Of a stretch of DNA of 64,000 nucleotides, positions 33,890 to 42,947 are shown piece after piece. Position 1 is the stretch's first letter. Each line of letters starts with the position of its first letter. The translations under genes and the position numbers were made by a program. The notes beneath the pieces are model-generated. The model had not been told where the DNA came from. It was given only the letters and a program-made list of their open reading frames with translations, and did no database searches. Source of the stretch: an uncultured Armatimonadia bacterium (GTDB lineage: Bacteria > Armatimonadota > Zipacnadia > CAVVLO01); assembly GCA_963749155.1 (NCBI GenBank), contig CAVVLO010000003.1, positions 576,001 to 640,000 on the forward strand, read 5' to 3'.

Positions 33890-33928
33890 TGCAGCTCGGC
33901 TTCGACCGTCCCAAGGCCAGGGCGGAAG
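33880..33928 (+). repeat. 49-bp direct repeat, copy 1 (duplicate of the nagB-like 3' end)
   Basis: TTTCCCTTAGTGCAGCTCGGCTTCGACCGTCCCAAGGCCAGGGCGGAAG; 48/49 identical to 36392-36440. Confidence 0.95.
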
Positions 33929-33954
33929 AAGCCCGTCTTGTAACGATTCCCTGC

Positions 33955-33991
33955 CAAAGCAAAGCCCCGACCTCAGGGGGACGGCCGGGGC
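33955..33991 (-). terminator. Rho-independent terminator, copy 1 (partial copy of the 107-bp repeat)
   Basis: Minus strand GCCCCGGCC-GTCCCCCTGA-GGTCGGGGC-TTTGCTTTG downstream of the 34047 gene. Confidence 0.75.
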
Positions 33992-34046
33992 GGACATCGT
34001 TGCAACTGGATTCTGTCTCTCCACACCCATACCAGCTGACGCGCTG

Positions 34047-35048
34047 CTATGACTTACTGCGACGGCGCAAGACGAGGAAACTGAGCGGCCCAAGTATAGC
34101 AACACAGAAGAAACCGGCCCACAGGCCGCTACCAACGGATGGCGACAAATCTTCAGGCAGGAAGCCAGAGGATTCCTCCACAGGCGCTGAGAGGTCAGGC
34201 ATCGAGTCGGTGTTGGCGTCTCGAGTCGGCTGGTCTGACGTGGGCGAGGGAGGTAAGCTACAGAATATATATGGAGTGATAACACTGCCGGTGTTGGCGT
34301 CAATATCAAGAACCGCAGGAAGGTCATCCGGATACCAGCCTTCGTTGTTCTGGACATCGTAGCCTATCCTGTAAACAAGGTGCCCACTAGAATCCACGAG
34401 GAGAGTTGCTGCAGTCATCGTGTATGATGCAAGCCCTGCATAGGCCTGTTTTGCCGCTGCATCGGCCTGCGAGGGCGTTAGAGATGGTGCCTCTTCGGCA
34501 CTGGCCCCATAACCGCTCTCTCGACAGTAATAACCTGCAATGTTGCCTGTGGATAAGTTTACCTCGACCCCCACACAGTCGTCGAAGGCTTCTGCACCAT
34601 TGGCTAGTGTTTTGTAGAAGTGGTATGTTGTACCAGTCTGACCCGCGAATACTTTGAGACTCCACCCGGTCTGATCGTAGTTCATGTAGTGCGTGTCGGC
34701 ATAAGACTCAGCAAGTGCCTGCCCTTGTTGCTCAGTTATTGACGATCCAGACGCATCTGGATTAAGAAAAGAGTATTCCTCGTATGCCACGTTGACTACG
34801 AGCGGCGATGCGCCATCCTCGATCAGATAGGTATGACGCAGCAGAGGATCCGAACTTACCGTAACCCAGGCTTGGTAGAGGCCAGACTCGCCACAGAAAG
34901 TGGACGTAATGTCAGCATCTACCTGAAGACTTTGATTGCCTTCAAAACCGCATACAGCCTTCTTGGCTTGCTCAAGGGTCAGGGCAAACGAAGGCAAGCA
35001 GATGGCAAGGAGAAGTGCGAACAGCAGGAGAATCACAGCAGGCTTCAT
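34047..35048 (-). CDS. Membrane-anchored PepSY-like protein (cassette B)
   Basis: Signal peptide MKPAVILLLFALL; ITEQQGQALA, VEVNLSTG, LVYRI, IDANTGSVI; C-terminal TM plus RRRSKS. Confidence 0.7.
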   Translation of the reverse strand: MKPAVILLLFALLLAICLPSFALTLEQAKKAVCGFEGNQSLQVDADITSTFCGESGLYQAWVTVSSDPLLRHTYLIEDGASPLVVNVAYEEYSFLNPDASGSSITEQQGQALAESYADTHYMNYDQTGWSLKVFAGQTGTTYHFYKTLANGAEAFDDCVGVEVNLSTGNIAGYYCRESGYGASAEEAPSLTPSQADAAAKQAYAGLASYTMTAATLLVDSSGHLVYRIGYDVQNNEGWYPDDLPAVLDIDANTGSVITPYIFCSLPPSPTSDQPTRDANTDSMPDLSAPVEESSGFLPEDLSPSVGSGLWAGFFCVAILGPLSFLVLRRRSKS

Positions 35049-35119
35049 CGTCTCAACCTCTAGTTGGTGAGTAGGATGGGCGCTTCTGATGCCATTATAC
35101 AACTTATTGCCTAAATTTA

Positions 35120-35131
35120 CCCCCCCCCCCC
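35120..35131 (-). repeat. G12 tract (minus strand) in the promoter region of cassette B
   Basis: C12 on the plus strand, 20 bp upstream of a minus-strand TATAAT at 35094-35099. Confidence 0.75.
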
Positions 35132-35158
35132 ATTAAATCCTGATTTTTTCTAGCACGG

Positions 35159-35265
35159 TCGAAAAAGGTTCCCGAACTAACCGCCTTCCTCCGGCCTGAA
35201 CACGTTTATCAGCGCGGTGTTGGGGTAGCAAAGCAAGCCCCGACCTCGCTTGGACGGCCGGGGCA
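35159..35265. repeat. 107-bp intergenic repeat, copy 2 (includes terminator hairpin)
   Basis: Ungapped match to 36255-36361 with a 46-bp identical core ACGTTTATCAGCGCGGTGTTGGGGTAGCAAAGCAAGCCCCGACCTC. Confidence 0.93.
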
Positions 35266-35288
35266 GAGATGACCAGGCACTGGTCTCT

Positions 35289-36210
35289 CTATCGTCTGGC
35301 TCGCTTTCGAAAGAAGAGCAAAAGCCCGACAATTGCGAAGGCCGCCAGCATCACTGGCACATAGCTAGCAAGGCCGGGCGACTCACGCGGCACTGCGCTT
35401 CCCTTCCAGTAGTCCTTACTAACCAGCGCGCCTGTGTTGGCGTCGATTTGTATGTTGGTAGGAAGGGCTTCTTCACTGCTGGCAATTTCCGCCTGAGGGT
35501 AGTCAGGAAGCAGCCTGTATACCAGTCTGCCGTCGCCGTTCACGATCAGCTTGCCCTGCATGGTGCGCTGCCCCAGATCCAGCTCCTGGGCCGCACGAGC
35601 CTTGGCGTCCTCCAGGCTCAGCGCCGGCGGCTGGTCAGCCCCCGTCTGCAGTGTGACCTCGTCCTGGTAGTAGCCAACGACGAGCCCCGTATCCAGGCAC
35701 ACCTCGACAGAGCATCCCCCGACATCTGTTTCAGCGCCATTTGGTAGTACCCGGTGGAAGTAGAATGTGGTGCCGCCACTAAGGCCATCGCCGGTTGCAG
35801 TGTGCCACACAATCTGCGAGTGCACTGGATGGTGCGCCAGAGCAAAGGACCGAGCGATTGCCTCAGCCTGCTCAACTGTGACAGGATTGTTTGGCGCTGC
35901 CGGGTTATCTTGTGACGAACGATCAGGATAGGTGGCGGTGACGACGTGCAGCGAAGGGGACTCTGCTATGAAATAGATACGAGAAAGCACTCCACCGCCG
36001 GCGGTTTACCCCAACTACAACGAGATAGGCTGGGACTGAGGCCGACTCGCCCTGCCGGAGTTGCGTTGGTTCGGTAGCGACGGACTGGACTAACAGGTTG
36101 GGGTCGTTGTCGAAATCCCTTACTGCCTGGATGATTGCCTCTTCGGTAACAGAGTAAGCGGGCAAGGCGCAGAGCAGCAGGCAGGCCAAAGTGGACAAGA
36201 CAGAACGCAT
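35289..36210 (-). CDS. Membrane-anchored PepSY-like protein (cassette A); frameshift near 35995
   Basis: MRSVLSTLACLLLCALPAYS signal; VTVEQAEAIA, VEVCLDTG, LVYRL, IDANTGALV; C-terminal TM plus RKRARR; clear paralog of cassette B. Confidence 0.7.
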
Positions 36211-36254
36211 GATAACCCCCCTTTGCCTCAAGCTGCTCCTTGGACTGGATGGGA

Positions 36255-36361
36255 TCGAAAAAGGTTCCCGGGCTAACTGTCTTCTTGCTTGCGAAGTACG
36301 TTTATCAGCGCGGTGTTGGGGTAGCAAAGCAAGCCCCGACCTCAGGGGGACGGCCGGGGCA
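36255..36361. repeat. 107-bp intergenic repeat, copy 3 (includes terminator hairpin downstream of the nagB-like gene)
   Basis: Matches 35159-35265; hairpin part also matches 33955-33991. Confidence 0.93.
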
Positions 36362-36391
36362 ACAGCAAATCAGCTCAGCAGAAGGCCTGGC

Positions 36392-36440
36392 TTTCCCTTA
36401 GTGCATCTCGGCTTCGACCGTCCCAAGGCCAGGGCGGAAG
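36392..36440 (+). repeat. 49-bp direct repeat, copy 2 (functional 3' end of the nagB-like gene)
   Basis: 48/49 identical to 33880-33928. Confidence 0.95.
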
Positions 36441-37324
36441 TAGTGGAAGTGGACATTTGGATGATCGGCCAGGAGTGACATCGGCACGGCCGAGTCGGGC
36501 GCGCGCTTGCCAATCATCAGCGCGGTGAGGCGCTGGCCGAAGGGGTTGTCGTGGGCGCCGGCCTGCCAGATAGAGACGCGCTCGGCTTTCCAGGTCTCGA
36601 CCGGGCCGACCGAAGCGGCCGTGAGCGGCACCATCGAGACATTACCCCCGCCCGAGGTGCGAGCGTTCTGGATTATGGTCATCGGATGCAACTCGACGAT
36701 GCGGGTCGTCAGCTTGCGGTATTCCTCAGGGCTTGGCGGCGCGTCCACGTAAGCCCCTTCGCGCTTCAGAGGATCGTTGAAGGCCCAGTGTTTGACCTCG
36801 CCCTGACCGCCCTGCATCAGGACGCAACGTACGCCCTCCCAACTGGCTTTGTAGGCCTCGATATCGGTCGGGAAATGCAGGTTGGCCTCGGGCATCGCAA
36901 GTTCGGGGCGGATGCGGTCGAAGCAGAGTTCCTTGTCGGCCTTGGCGAAGGAAAGCGGATGCGTGGTCGGCACGGGCCTCCCATCCTGCACCCATTCGTC
37001 CATCCCCCAGAAGTGCGCGCTGCCGAGTTTGAGGCCGATAGAGTTGACGATGCGGGCCACGAGGGGCAGCTGCTCCGTCGGGCCGACAGGGCCGCACAGG
37101 CCGGCAGGATTATCGGGCGTGGACTGCTGCCAGGCCTCGATATATTCCAGCGCCTCGGCCAGGTAGAACTCCTCCAGAGTCTCGTAGAAGTGCACCTGGA
37201 AGCCCTCGCGCGAAAGCTGCAGCAGGTCCCTCTCCGTCAGGCGCGCGGCATCGTCGAGCAGGTCCTGTTCCAGCGTTGTGTAGTCCCACCAGCCGGGGGC
37301 GACTTTACTTATCGGGCGTGCCAT
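36398..37324 (-). CDS. Glucosamine-6-phosphate isomerase/deaminase-like protein (NagB fold)
   Basis: [47 protein letters not shown]. Confidence 0.7.
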   Translation of the reverse strand: MARPISKVAPGWWDYTTLEQDLLDDAARLTERDLLQLSREGFQVHFYETLEEFYLAEALEYIEAWQQSTPDNPAGLCGPVGPTEQLPLVARIVNSIGLKLGSAHFWGMDEWVQDGRPVPTTHPLSFAKADKELCFDRIRPELAMPEANLHFPTDIEAYKASWEGVRCVLMQGGQGEVKHWAFNDPLKREGAYVDAPPSPEEYRKLTTRIVELHPMTIIQNARTSGGGNVSMVPLTAASVGPVETWKAERVSIWQAGAHDNPFGQRLTALMIGKRAPDSAVPMSLLADHPNVHFHYFRPGLGTVEAEMH

Positions 37325-37341
37325 CTTGCTTCCTCCTCAAA

Positions 37342-38160
37342 TTAACCGAGTAGCTTTGTGTACTCGGGATCAGTCCAGGCCAGCGGGCCCAGCAACTCCG
37401 CGAGCGGGTCGCGTGTCACGTCGGCGGCGAAGCCTAGCGGGTTGTGGCGCCGCCAGCCCTCAGCGAAAGCGAAGGCAGGGGTGCGCCTTGCAACCTCGGC
37501 GCACATCTCCTCCATCGTGGTGAGATAAGCGTCCAGGCCCTGCGAGACATCGAGCCATTCTTTCTGGCTTCGATGCTCGGACAGCATCGCTTTCTTGGTC
37601 TCGATGGTGGCGCCGACATCCACGAAATGCTGAGCAGGCACGAGAGCACCCATCATATCGCGCAGGCCGTAGGGCAGGGCGTGATAGAGAACGCAATCCC
37701 CGCCCCAGGCCTCGCTGGGAGGGACGGTGGCGAAGTTTACCATCCCGCGCGCGAAGGCGGCCGAGACCATCAGGCGGCTCGCGTTCATATGGTCTTCCAT
37801 ATAGTCGTCGGGCGAGGGAATCAGCAACACGTCCGGCTGCACCTCGCGCACCACCGGCACGCAGCGACGCAACAGCTCCAGTTCGTGGAAGAGGGCCAGA
37901 TCGTCCGCCAGCGACTCGTGCATCACCGCGCCGGCGACCGCAGCAGAGGCCTGGGCCTCGCCCCAGCGCATCGCGATTATCTCCTCACGGCTGTAACGGC
38001 TGGTGCCACAATGGCCGTTGGCGAGGTTCCACATATGAAGCTCTGCGCCGAGCTCGCCGAAACGTAAAAGCGTCCCCGCCATCATAAACTCGATGTCGTC
38101 AGGATGCGCTCCGACGGCCATCACGACAAGCTTGTCGGTGGCATAAGGTTGACCTCCCAA
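37342..38160 (-). CDS. PIG-L/LmbE family N-deacetylase
   Basis: GAHPDDIEF..AGTL, PDDYMEDH, DVGATIETK..HRSQ. Confidence 0.85.
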   Translation of the reverse strand: MGGQPYATDKLVVMAVGAHPDDIEFMMAGTLLRFGELGAELHMWNLANGHCGTSRYSREEIIAMRWGEAQASAAVAGAVMHESLADDLALFHELELLRRCVPVVREVQPDVLLIPSPDDYMEDHMNASRLMVSAAFARGMVNFATVPPSEAWGGDCVLYHALPYGLRDMMGALVPAQHFVDVGATIETKKAMLSEHRSQKEWLDVSQGLDAYLTTMEEMCAEVARRTPAFAFAEGWRRHNPLGFAADVTRDPLAELLGPLAWTDPEYTKLLG

Positions 38161-38168
38161 GAGGACCT

Positions 38169-39077
38169 CTAGAGGGGCATTAACGGGCCCCAGTGAGGAT
38201 TCTGGTTGTCGATGCCGGTGGCAGTAACGTTGATCTGGTTAGCGCCGTCGGCGTCCATCATATAGATCTGTTCACTTGCATCGCGGCTTGACATAAATAC
38301 CAGCCTGTCGCCATCGGGCGACCAGGAAGGGTTGATGTCGTTACCCGTAGCGTCGGTTAGCTGCGTCACATTGGAGCCGTCGGCATCCATCACGTAGATC
38401 TCAAGACCGCCGTCTCGATCGCTGTCGAAGGCCAGCTTGTTGCCATCGGGCGACCAGGCAGGTCCACCTTCCATGTGAATATCATCAGTAAGCTGTTCTG
38501 GATTGGCGCCGTCCGCGTCCATCACATAGAGATCGACAGTGCCATCGCGATTGCTCACGAAAGCGAGTTTACTACCGTCAGGTGACCAGGCGGGGCTGTA
38601 GTCATACTCGCTATTATTCGAGATATTAGTCTCGCCAGAACCATCGGCATTCATCACATAGATCTCATGATTGCCATCTCTATCACTGGTGAAGGCGATT
38701 TTGGTACCGTCGGGCGACCAGCAAGGATCCAACTCGGAAGCGCCTGTGTCGGTCAGCATGATTGGATTACTGCCATCGGCGTCCATCACCCAGACCTCTG
38801 CATTGCCAGAACGCTGACTCATGAAAACGAGCTTCTCCCCGTCGGGCGACCATTGCGGCATCCCATCGTAGACAGAGTTGTCAGTTAGCCTGGTTTGAGT
38901 CGCGCCAGTCTCATCCATTACGTAGATCTCTGTAGTGCCATCGCGACTGCTGTTGAAGGCAATCAGGCTGGCCAGCTCCGAGTCGCCACCGCCTCCACAA
39001 CCGGCAAGCAATACCGATAAAAATAAAAAGCAAACTGCCAGTCCTGTGAAAAGTGTGGCTTGTTGGGTGATTCTCAT
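38169..39077 (-). CDS. TolB-like beta-propeller lipoprotein with PD40 repeats
   Basis: Lipobox LAGC; five or six repeats of PxWSPDGxKxxFxSxRDG..EIYVMDADG. Confidence 0.88.
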   Translation of the reverse strand: MRITQQATLFTGLAVCFLFLSVLLAGCGGGGDSELASLIAFNSSRDGTTEIYVMDETGATQTRLTDNSVYDGMPQWSPDGEKLVFMSQRSGNAEVWVMDADGSNPIMLTDTGASELDPCWSPDGTKIAFTSDRDGNHEIYVMNADGSGETNISNNSEYDYSPAWSPDGSKLAFVSNRDGTVDLYVMDADGANPEQLTDDIHMEGGPAWSPDGNKLAFDSDRDGGLEIYVMDADGSNVTQLTDATGNDINPSWSPDGDRLVFMSSRDASEQIYMMDADGANQINVTATGIDNQNPHWGPLMPL

Positions 39078-39157
39078 TAACCTTATTGCTCCTTTTGCCC
39101 CAGGGGGGCCCGTATGATGCTTTCGTCGTTCGTAAGTATGTCTGCTGGTATTCCTCT

Positions 39158-40416
39158 TTAGCGTGATACTGGCCGCCGCCAAGTCGCGAAGAACTGCTTC
39201 AAGCCCTCACTAGCGGGCAGGCCCTGGCCAAAGACGCCCTGGCTCCAGTTATAGACGACCAGAAACTGGCAATCCTCGAAGCTGAGGGTTCGTCTCGAAG
39301 TGATCGCACCACTCTTCAGCTGTCTGGCCGGGCCACCACCACTCCGAGGCCGCCCATTCCTTTCGGCCTGCAGTGGTCAATTCCTTCGGAAAATCGCCAA
39401 GCTCTCGTGGATCCTGCCAGTAAAAACTATAACCTGGAGTTGACCACTCGTTCATCGCGGGCCAGGCCGGGATGTGGACGTCCCAGGGGGCATAGTTGCC
39501 GCCCATATGGGTGATGATTAGCTCCTTAGGCAGGCCGAGGAAGTTGGCCTTGCGGCACAGCACCGCCAGGTATTCGTGAGTCAGCCTGGCCAGGTCGTCT
39601 CGGGTTATCTCGCCACTGCTCTTGATGCCCGCCGCCTTGAGTGAAGCATAACCAAGCTGGACGCAACCGCCAGAAAGACCTTCTCCAAGCTTGAGGCCAT
39701 AGGTCGGATCGTGGGAAGGGTCCTTGGGCCAGCGCTCGAGATAGCTGTTGCCGTCGGGATAGTAGAAAGCATTGTAACCGATGCCCGCCTCCCAACCGAG
39801 TTTCACGCCGCGCAGCAGCCACTTCTTGTCAGTCGGGAAGCCGCTTATACCAGTCGGCGATGATTGGGATGAGTGTCTTGTAGCGACCGAGGAGTTCGCT
39901 CATCACGGGGCGCGCGAAGAGGTTCTGGCACGGCACGACGCGAATCTGGCTGCCCCAGTTGCGCCAACTGATTTTCACCGCGTCCTTGGGGTCCCAGCTT
40001 GTCCACTCGACATTGTTCACGTTGTCGGGGTTGTAGCCAGGCGCCTCGGGATCCCACCAGTTCCACAGGTCAGGCCGGCGCGTCCACCAATTCTGCCCAT
40101 CGAGGGTGATCAGCAGGGGCATCTCAGCCTCTTCGCACACGGAAAGCAGCTTGCGCAGAGTCACAGCGAGCTGGTCGGCGGGGGTCTCCATCAACGAGAA
40201 GATATATGAGATGCCAAGTTTGAGGTCAGGATTGGGCGGCAAGTCGAGGGTGGCGGCTATCTCCCTTGGCCATTCAGGGGTCATCGAGTCGGAATTGCTC
40301 TGGTCCCAGCCGTGGACGGGATTCAGGTTCATAAAGACGTATTGGGGGAAGCCGTCCGCAAGCGCAAGCGTAGCCCAGAGCAAGAGCAGCAACCCAATGA
40401 GACTCACCATCCGCAT
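39158..40416 (-). CDS. Secreted hypothetical protein, paralog of 44719-45984; frameshifts near 39835 and 39295
   Basis: LDGQNWWTRRPDLWNWWDP, AVKISWRNWG, GVKLGWE; reconstructed C-terminus GLKQFFATWRRPVSR-stop. Confidence 0.7.
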
Positions 40417-40508
40417 CCGAGCCCTCCTTGTAGGCGGGTTCTAGATTCGCGTCGGGCGGGCGGCTTCCTGCGGCAGGAGAGCGTGACTGTCTGGAGGAAT
40501 CTAGCTGT

Positions 40509-41987
40509 ATGAAGTGGATTGCTTTCCTGCTGCTGCTTGGGTCTGCCTATATCGGATTCGGTTGGGTCACCGTCCATCCGGCCGAGAGTGAGGCAGTGTT
40601 CCACAATCCTGGGCAGGGCTGGTGGTATATCGACAACGCGCTGCCTGGGCAGCTTGACGCAGGGCGGTCGCTGCCGTATGTCGAGGACGGGACGGCCTGG
40701 GGCGAGGTGGACGCGGTCGCGGTGCTTTCGACCTGGGGGCAAATAGAGACCGCCGAAGGGGTCTTCGACTGGAGTCTTGTCGATGAGTCAGTAGATTTCT
40801 GGGCCTCAAAGGGCAAACGCATCCATTTCCGCCTTTCGACCGAGCCTATGCTGATGCCTCATATTGGCTATGTGACAGGCGTCCCGGAATGGCTCTACGA
40901 GGCGGGGCTGCCCTATGAAGAGAAAGACAGCGGAGGCTGGGGTGCGGCCTCGGTGTGCAAATATCCTGACTACAACCATCCGCTATACTTTCCAAGTCTG
41001 ACGAGGTTCTTAAAGGCCTTTGCGGACCGGTATGGGCCTAATCCAGCGGTCGAAGTCGTCGAGTTGTTGGGTTATGGGACCTGGGGAGAATGGCATAGCG
41101 GCCATAATATGCCCACTCTCGAGGTCCGGCGAGAGGTGCTGAGGCGCATCCTGGATGAATGGGAAGCCGCCTTCCGGCCCTATGGGACGCTACTGGTGCT
41201 GTCAAACTCCTATGAATGGCGCAATGACCAGCTTCCGAAGGGCCTGTCGGTGCAAGATTCACCTCCCCCAACCTATCAGCAATACCTTGAAGGATCGGCC
41301 TTCGATTATGCCTATGCGAAGCCTTCAGTAGCCCTCTGGAGGGCGGGGCTTTCGCGTTATGTCTATGACTTCTTCGATGGGCGACTTATCCACGACTACA
41401 AGAAGCAGAGGCGCGGGATCGTCTACGGCGAGATGGCCGCCTCCCTGGGCGAGTATGAGAAGGGCGTGGACAACTTCACCCCGCGTCGGGCGGTAGATGA
41501 AGCCCTCTCTTTCGGCTGCAACTGGCTGATGACGCCAGGCTGGGACATCAGCCTGAATACGCTGCGAGATGACTACACACTGGACAGTGCGCTTTACTTC
41601 TATAACGAGGAGTCGCAGGGGTTGCTTCAGTATGGCCTGCGCTGGCTTGGCGCGCGGCTGGTGGTGAGCGAGGCGCGTTTCCCCTCTTCGGTGCGCCCAG
41701 GAGGCACACTTTCCCTCCTGACGCGTTGGGAGAACCGCGCCTGCGGGAGGCTCGCGAAGCCCTACCGGCTGGAAGTCAGTCTGTTAGCTGATGCCAAAGT
41801 GGTGTGGAAAGGCGTGGATGGGACCCTGGACCTGACCGGACTTGCGGCCGGAAGCCAGTTTTCGCACCTCTCCACGTTCGTTCTGCCACCCGATATGCCT
41901 GAAGGAGAGGCCACGCTGGCCCTGGCTTTGGTGGATGAAGAGGGCAAACCTGCCTTCAGGCTGGCGTTGGAGGACTCAGATGTCTGA
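40509..41987 (+). CDS. Secreted GH42-like/DUF4832-like protein
   Basis: Signal peptide; HNPGQGW, WGQIETAEGVFDW, GYGTWGEWH, WENRACG. Confidence 0.65.
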   Translation: MKWIAFLLLLGSAYIGFGWVTVHPAESEAVFHNPGQGWWYIDNALPGQLDAGRSLPYVEDGTAWGEVDAVAVLSTWGQIETAEGVFDWSLVDESVDFWASKGKRIHFRLSTEPMLMPHIGYVTGVPEWLYEAGLPYEEKDSGGWGAASVCKYPDYNHPLYFPSLTRFLKAFADRYGPNPAVEVVELLGYGTWGEWHSGHNMPTLEVRREVLRRILDEWEAAFRPYGTLLVLSNSYEWRNDQLPKGLSVQDSPPPTYQQYLEGSAFDYAYAKPSVALWRAGLSRYVYDFFDGRLIHDYKKQRRGIVYGEMAASLGEYEKGVDNFTPRRAVDEALSFGCNWLMTPGWDISLNTLRDDYTLDSALYFYNEESQGLLQYGLRWLGARLVVSEARFPSSVRPGGTLSLLTRWENRACGRLAKPYRLEVSLLADAKVVWKGVDGTLDLTGLAAGSQFSHLSTFVLPPDMPEGEATLALALVDEEGKPAFRLALEDSDV

Positions 41988-42891
41988 CCTGCGCTGTCCA
42001 ATGGGGACGCTTACCATCGCAAGGAAGGCGCCGGAAGAGGCGCTACCTCTTTTCAGATGGACGAAGGAAGAGGGCCTAGAGGGCACATCAGCCCTCCGGA
42101 AGAGCGCCAGAGGCGACCTGCTCTATAACACCCTTCCCCGCGTGCTGCCTCTGGCTCCGGAAGGTGTCTACCGCGTGAGCTTCCGCCTGAAGCCGCTGAA
42201 GAAGCCGGACGGAGGCTTTCACAAGCCGGGTTGGTACTGGTTCGAAGCGAGGAGCCGCAAGGGTTGGGGCGCTGCTACGCGCGGGCAGTTGAGGTTCATC
42301 GACCTGCCGGAGTTCGGCGAGATTAGGCAGAGCGTCCTCTTCCGCCTTGGGGCGTATGAGGATTATGCCCTCACCTGGGGGAGCGATGCGGGAGGGGATT
42401 TCGAGCTGAAAGAGGTGCTGGTGGAGCGCGTGGAGGGCGAAATAACCCTCTTTGAGCCCTTTGACGAGCCTCTGGATGCACTCTCTGCGCGCTATGAGCT
42501 GGCGCCCAACACACGGTTGGTGCCTGGCAGGATCGCGGGAGGCTTCTGGTGGGAGTATACCGAGCCTGACCGAGAGGTTCCTTTACTCGTAACGAAGCCC
42601 GAGGTGACACCCTTAAAGCCCAACACGACCTACACGGCGAGTTTTTGGTGGGAGCAGGGCGGCGGGCGGACACGTGGCAACTACTACTATGCCTGTGCCG
42701 AGAGCGCTTCGGGCGGAGAGGCCAGCCGGCGAGGCTTCACCCGCTGGATGCACTATCCGGATGGGATGCAGCGGCCCTGCGCCTTCAGCTTCCGGACAGG
42801 GCCAGAAGCCGACTGGAGGCTGGTTATTGGCATCCGTAACGGGGGCGAACTGGCCCTCGAAAACCTGCTGCTAATCAGGGAGAGTGACTAG
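41980..42891 (+). CDS. Hypothetical protein with two CBM-like beta domains (may be the frameshifted C-terminus of the upstream gene)
   Basis: ATG overlaps the upstream stop; LAPEGVYRVSF and LKPNTTYTASF repeats. Confidence 0.55.
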   Translation: MSDLRCPMGTLTIARKAPEEALPLFRWTKEEGLEGTSALRKSARGDLLYNTLPRVLPLAPEGVYRVSFRLKPLKKPDGGFHKPGWYWFEARSRKGWGAATRGQLRFIDLPEFGEIRQSVLFRLGAYEDYALTWGSDAGGDFELKEVLVERVEGEITLFEPFDEPLDALSARYELAPNTRLVPGRIAGGFWWEYTEPDREVPLLVTKPEVTPLKPNTTYTASFWWEQGGGRTRGNYYYACAESASGGEASRRGFTRWMHYPDGMQRPCAFSFRTGPEADWRLVIGIRNGGELALENLLLIRESD

Positions 42892-42917
42892 TTAATTTTT
42901 AACAATTAGCAGTTCGT

Positions 42918-42947
42918 TTGCACCAGCTTTGCTTGTTGTGCTATACT
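42918..42947 (+). promoter_or_regulatory. Sigma70-like promoter with extended -10 upstream of the asnB-like gene
   Basis: TTGCAC-18 bp-TATACT preceded by TGC. Confidence 0.55.

Larger units (their letters stand above)
33880..36440. mobile_element. Integrase-less mini-island with two paralogous cassettes, bounded by att-like direct repeats
   Basis: Flanking 49-bp direct repeats that duplicate a CDS 3' end; interior visibly more AT-rich; no recombinase ORF inside. Confidence 0.6.

Noticed and set aside
35159..36361. 107-bp repeats as integron attC sites
   Set aside because: The minus strand has CCCCAAC...GTTAG boxes, but they are only about 51 bp apart with no convincing inner palindrome, and no integron integrase is in the window; not excluded without IntegronFinder
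33955..36361. Repeats as a CRISPR array
   Set aside because: Only 2-3 copies, about 1.1 kb apart, separated by whole genes; no cas genes
38169..39077. Internal nucleotide repeats as a DGR or tandem array
   Set aside because: Explained by PD40 beta-propeller protein repeats; no reverse transcriptase
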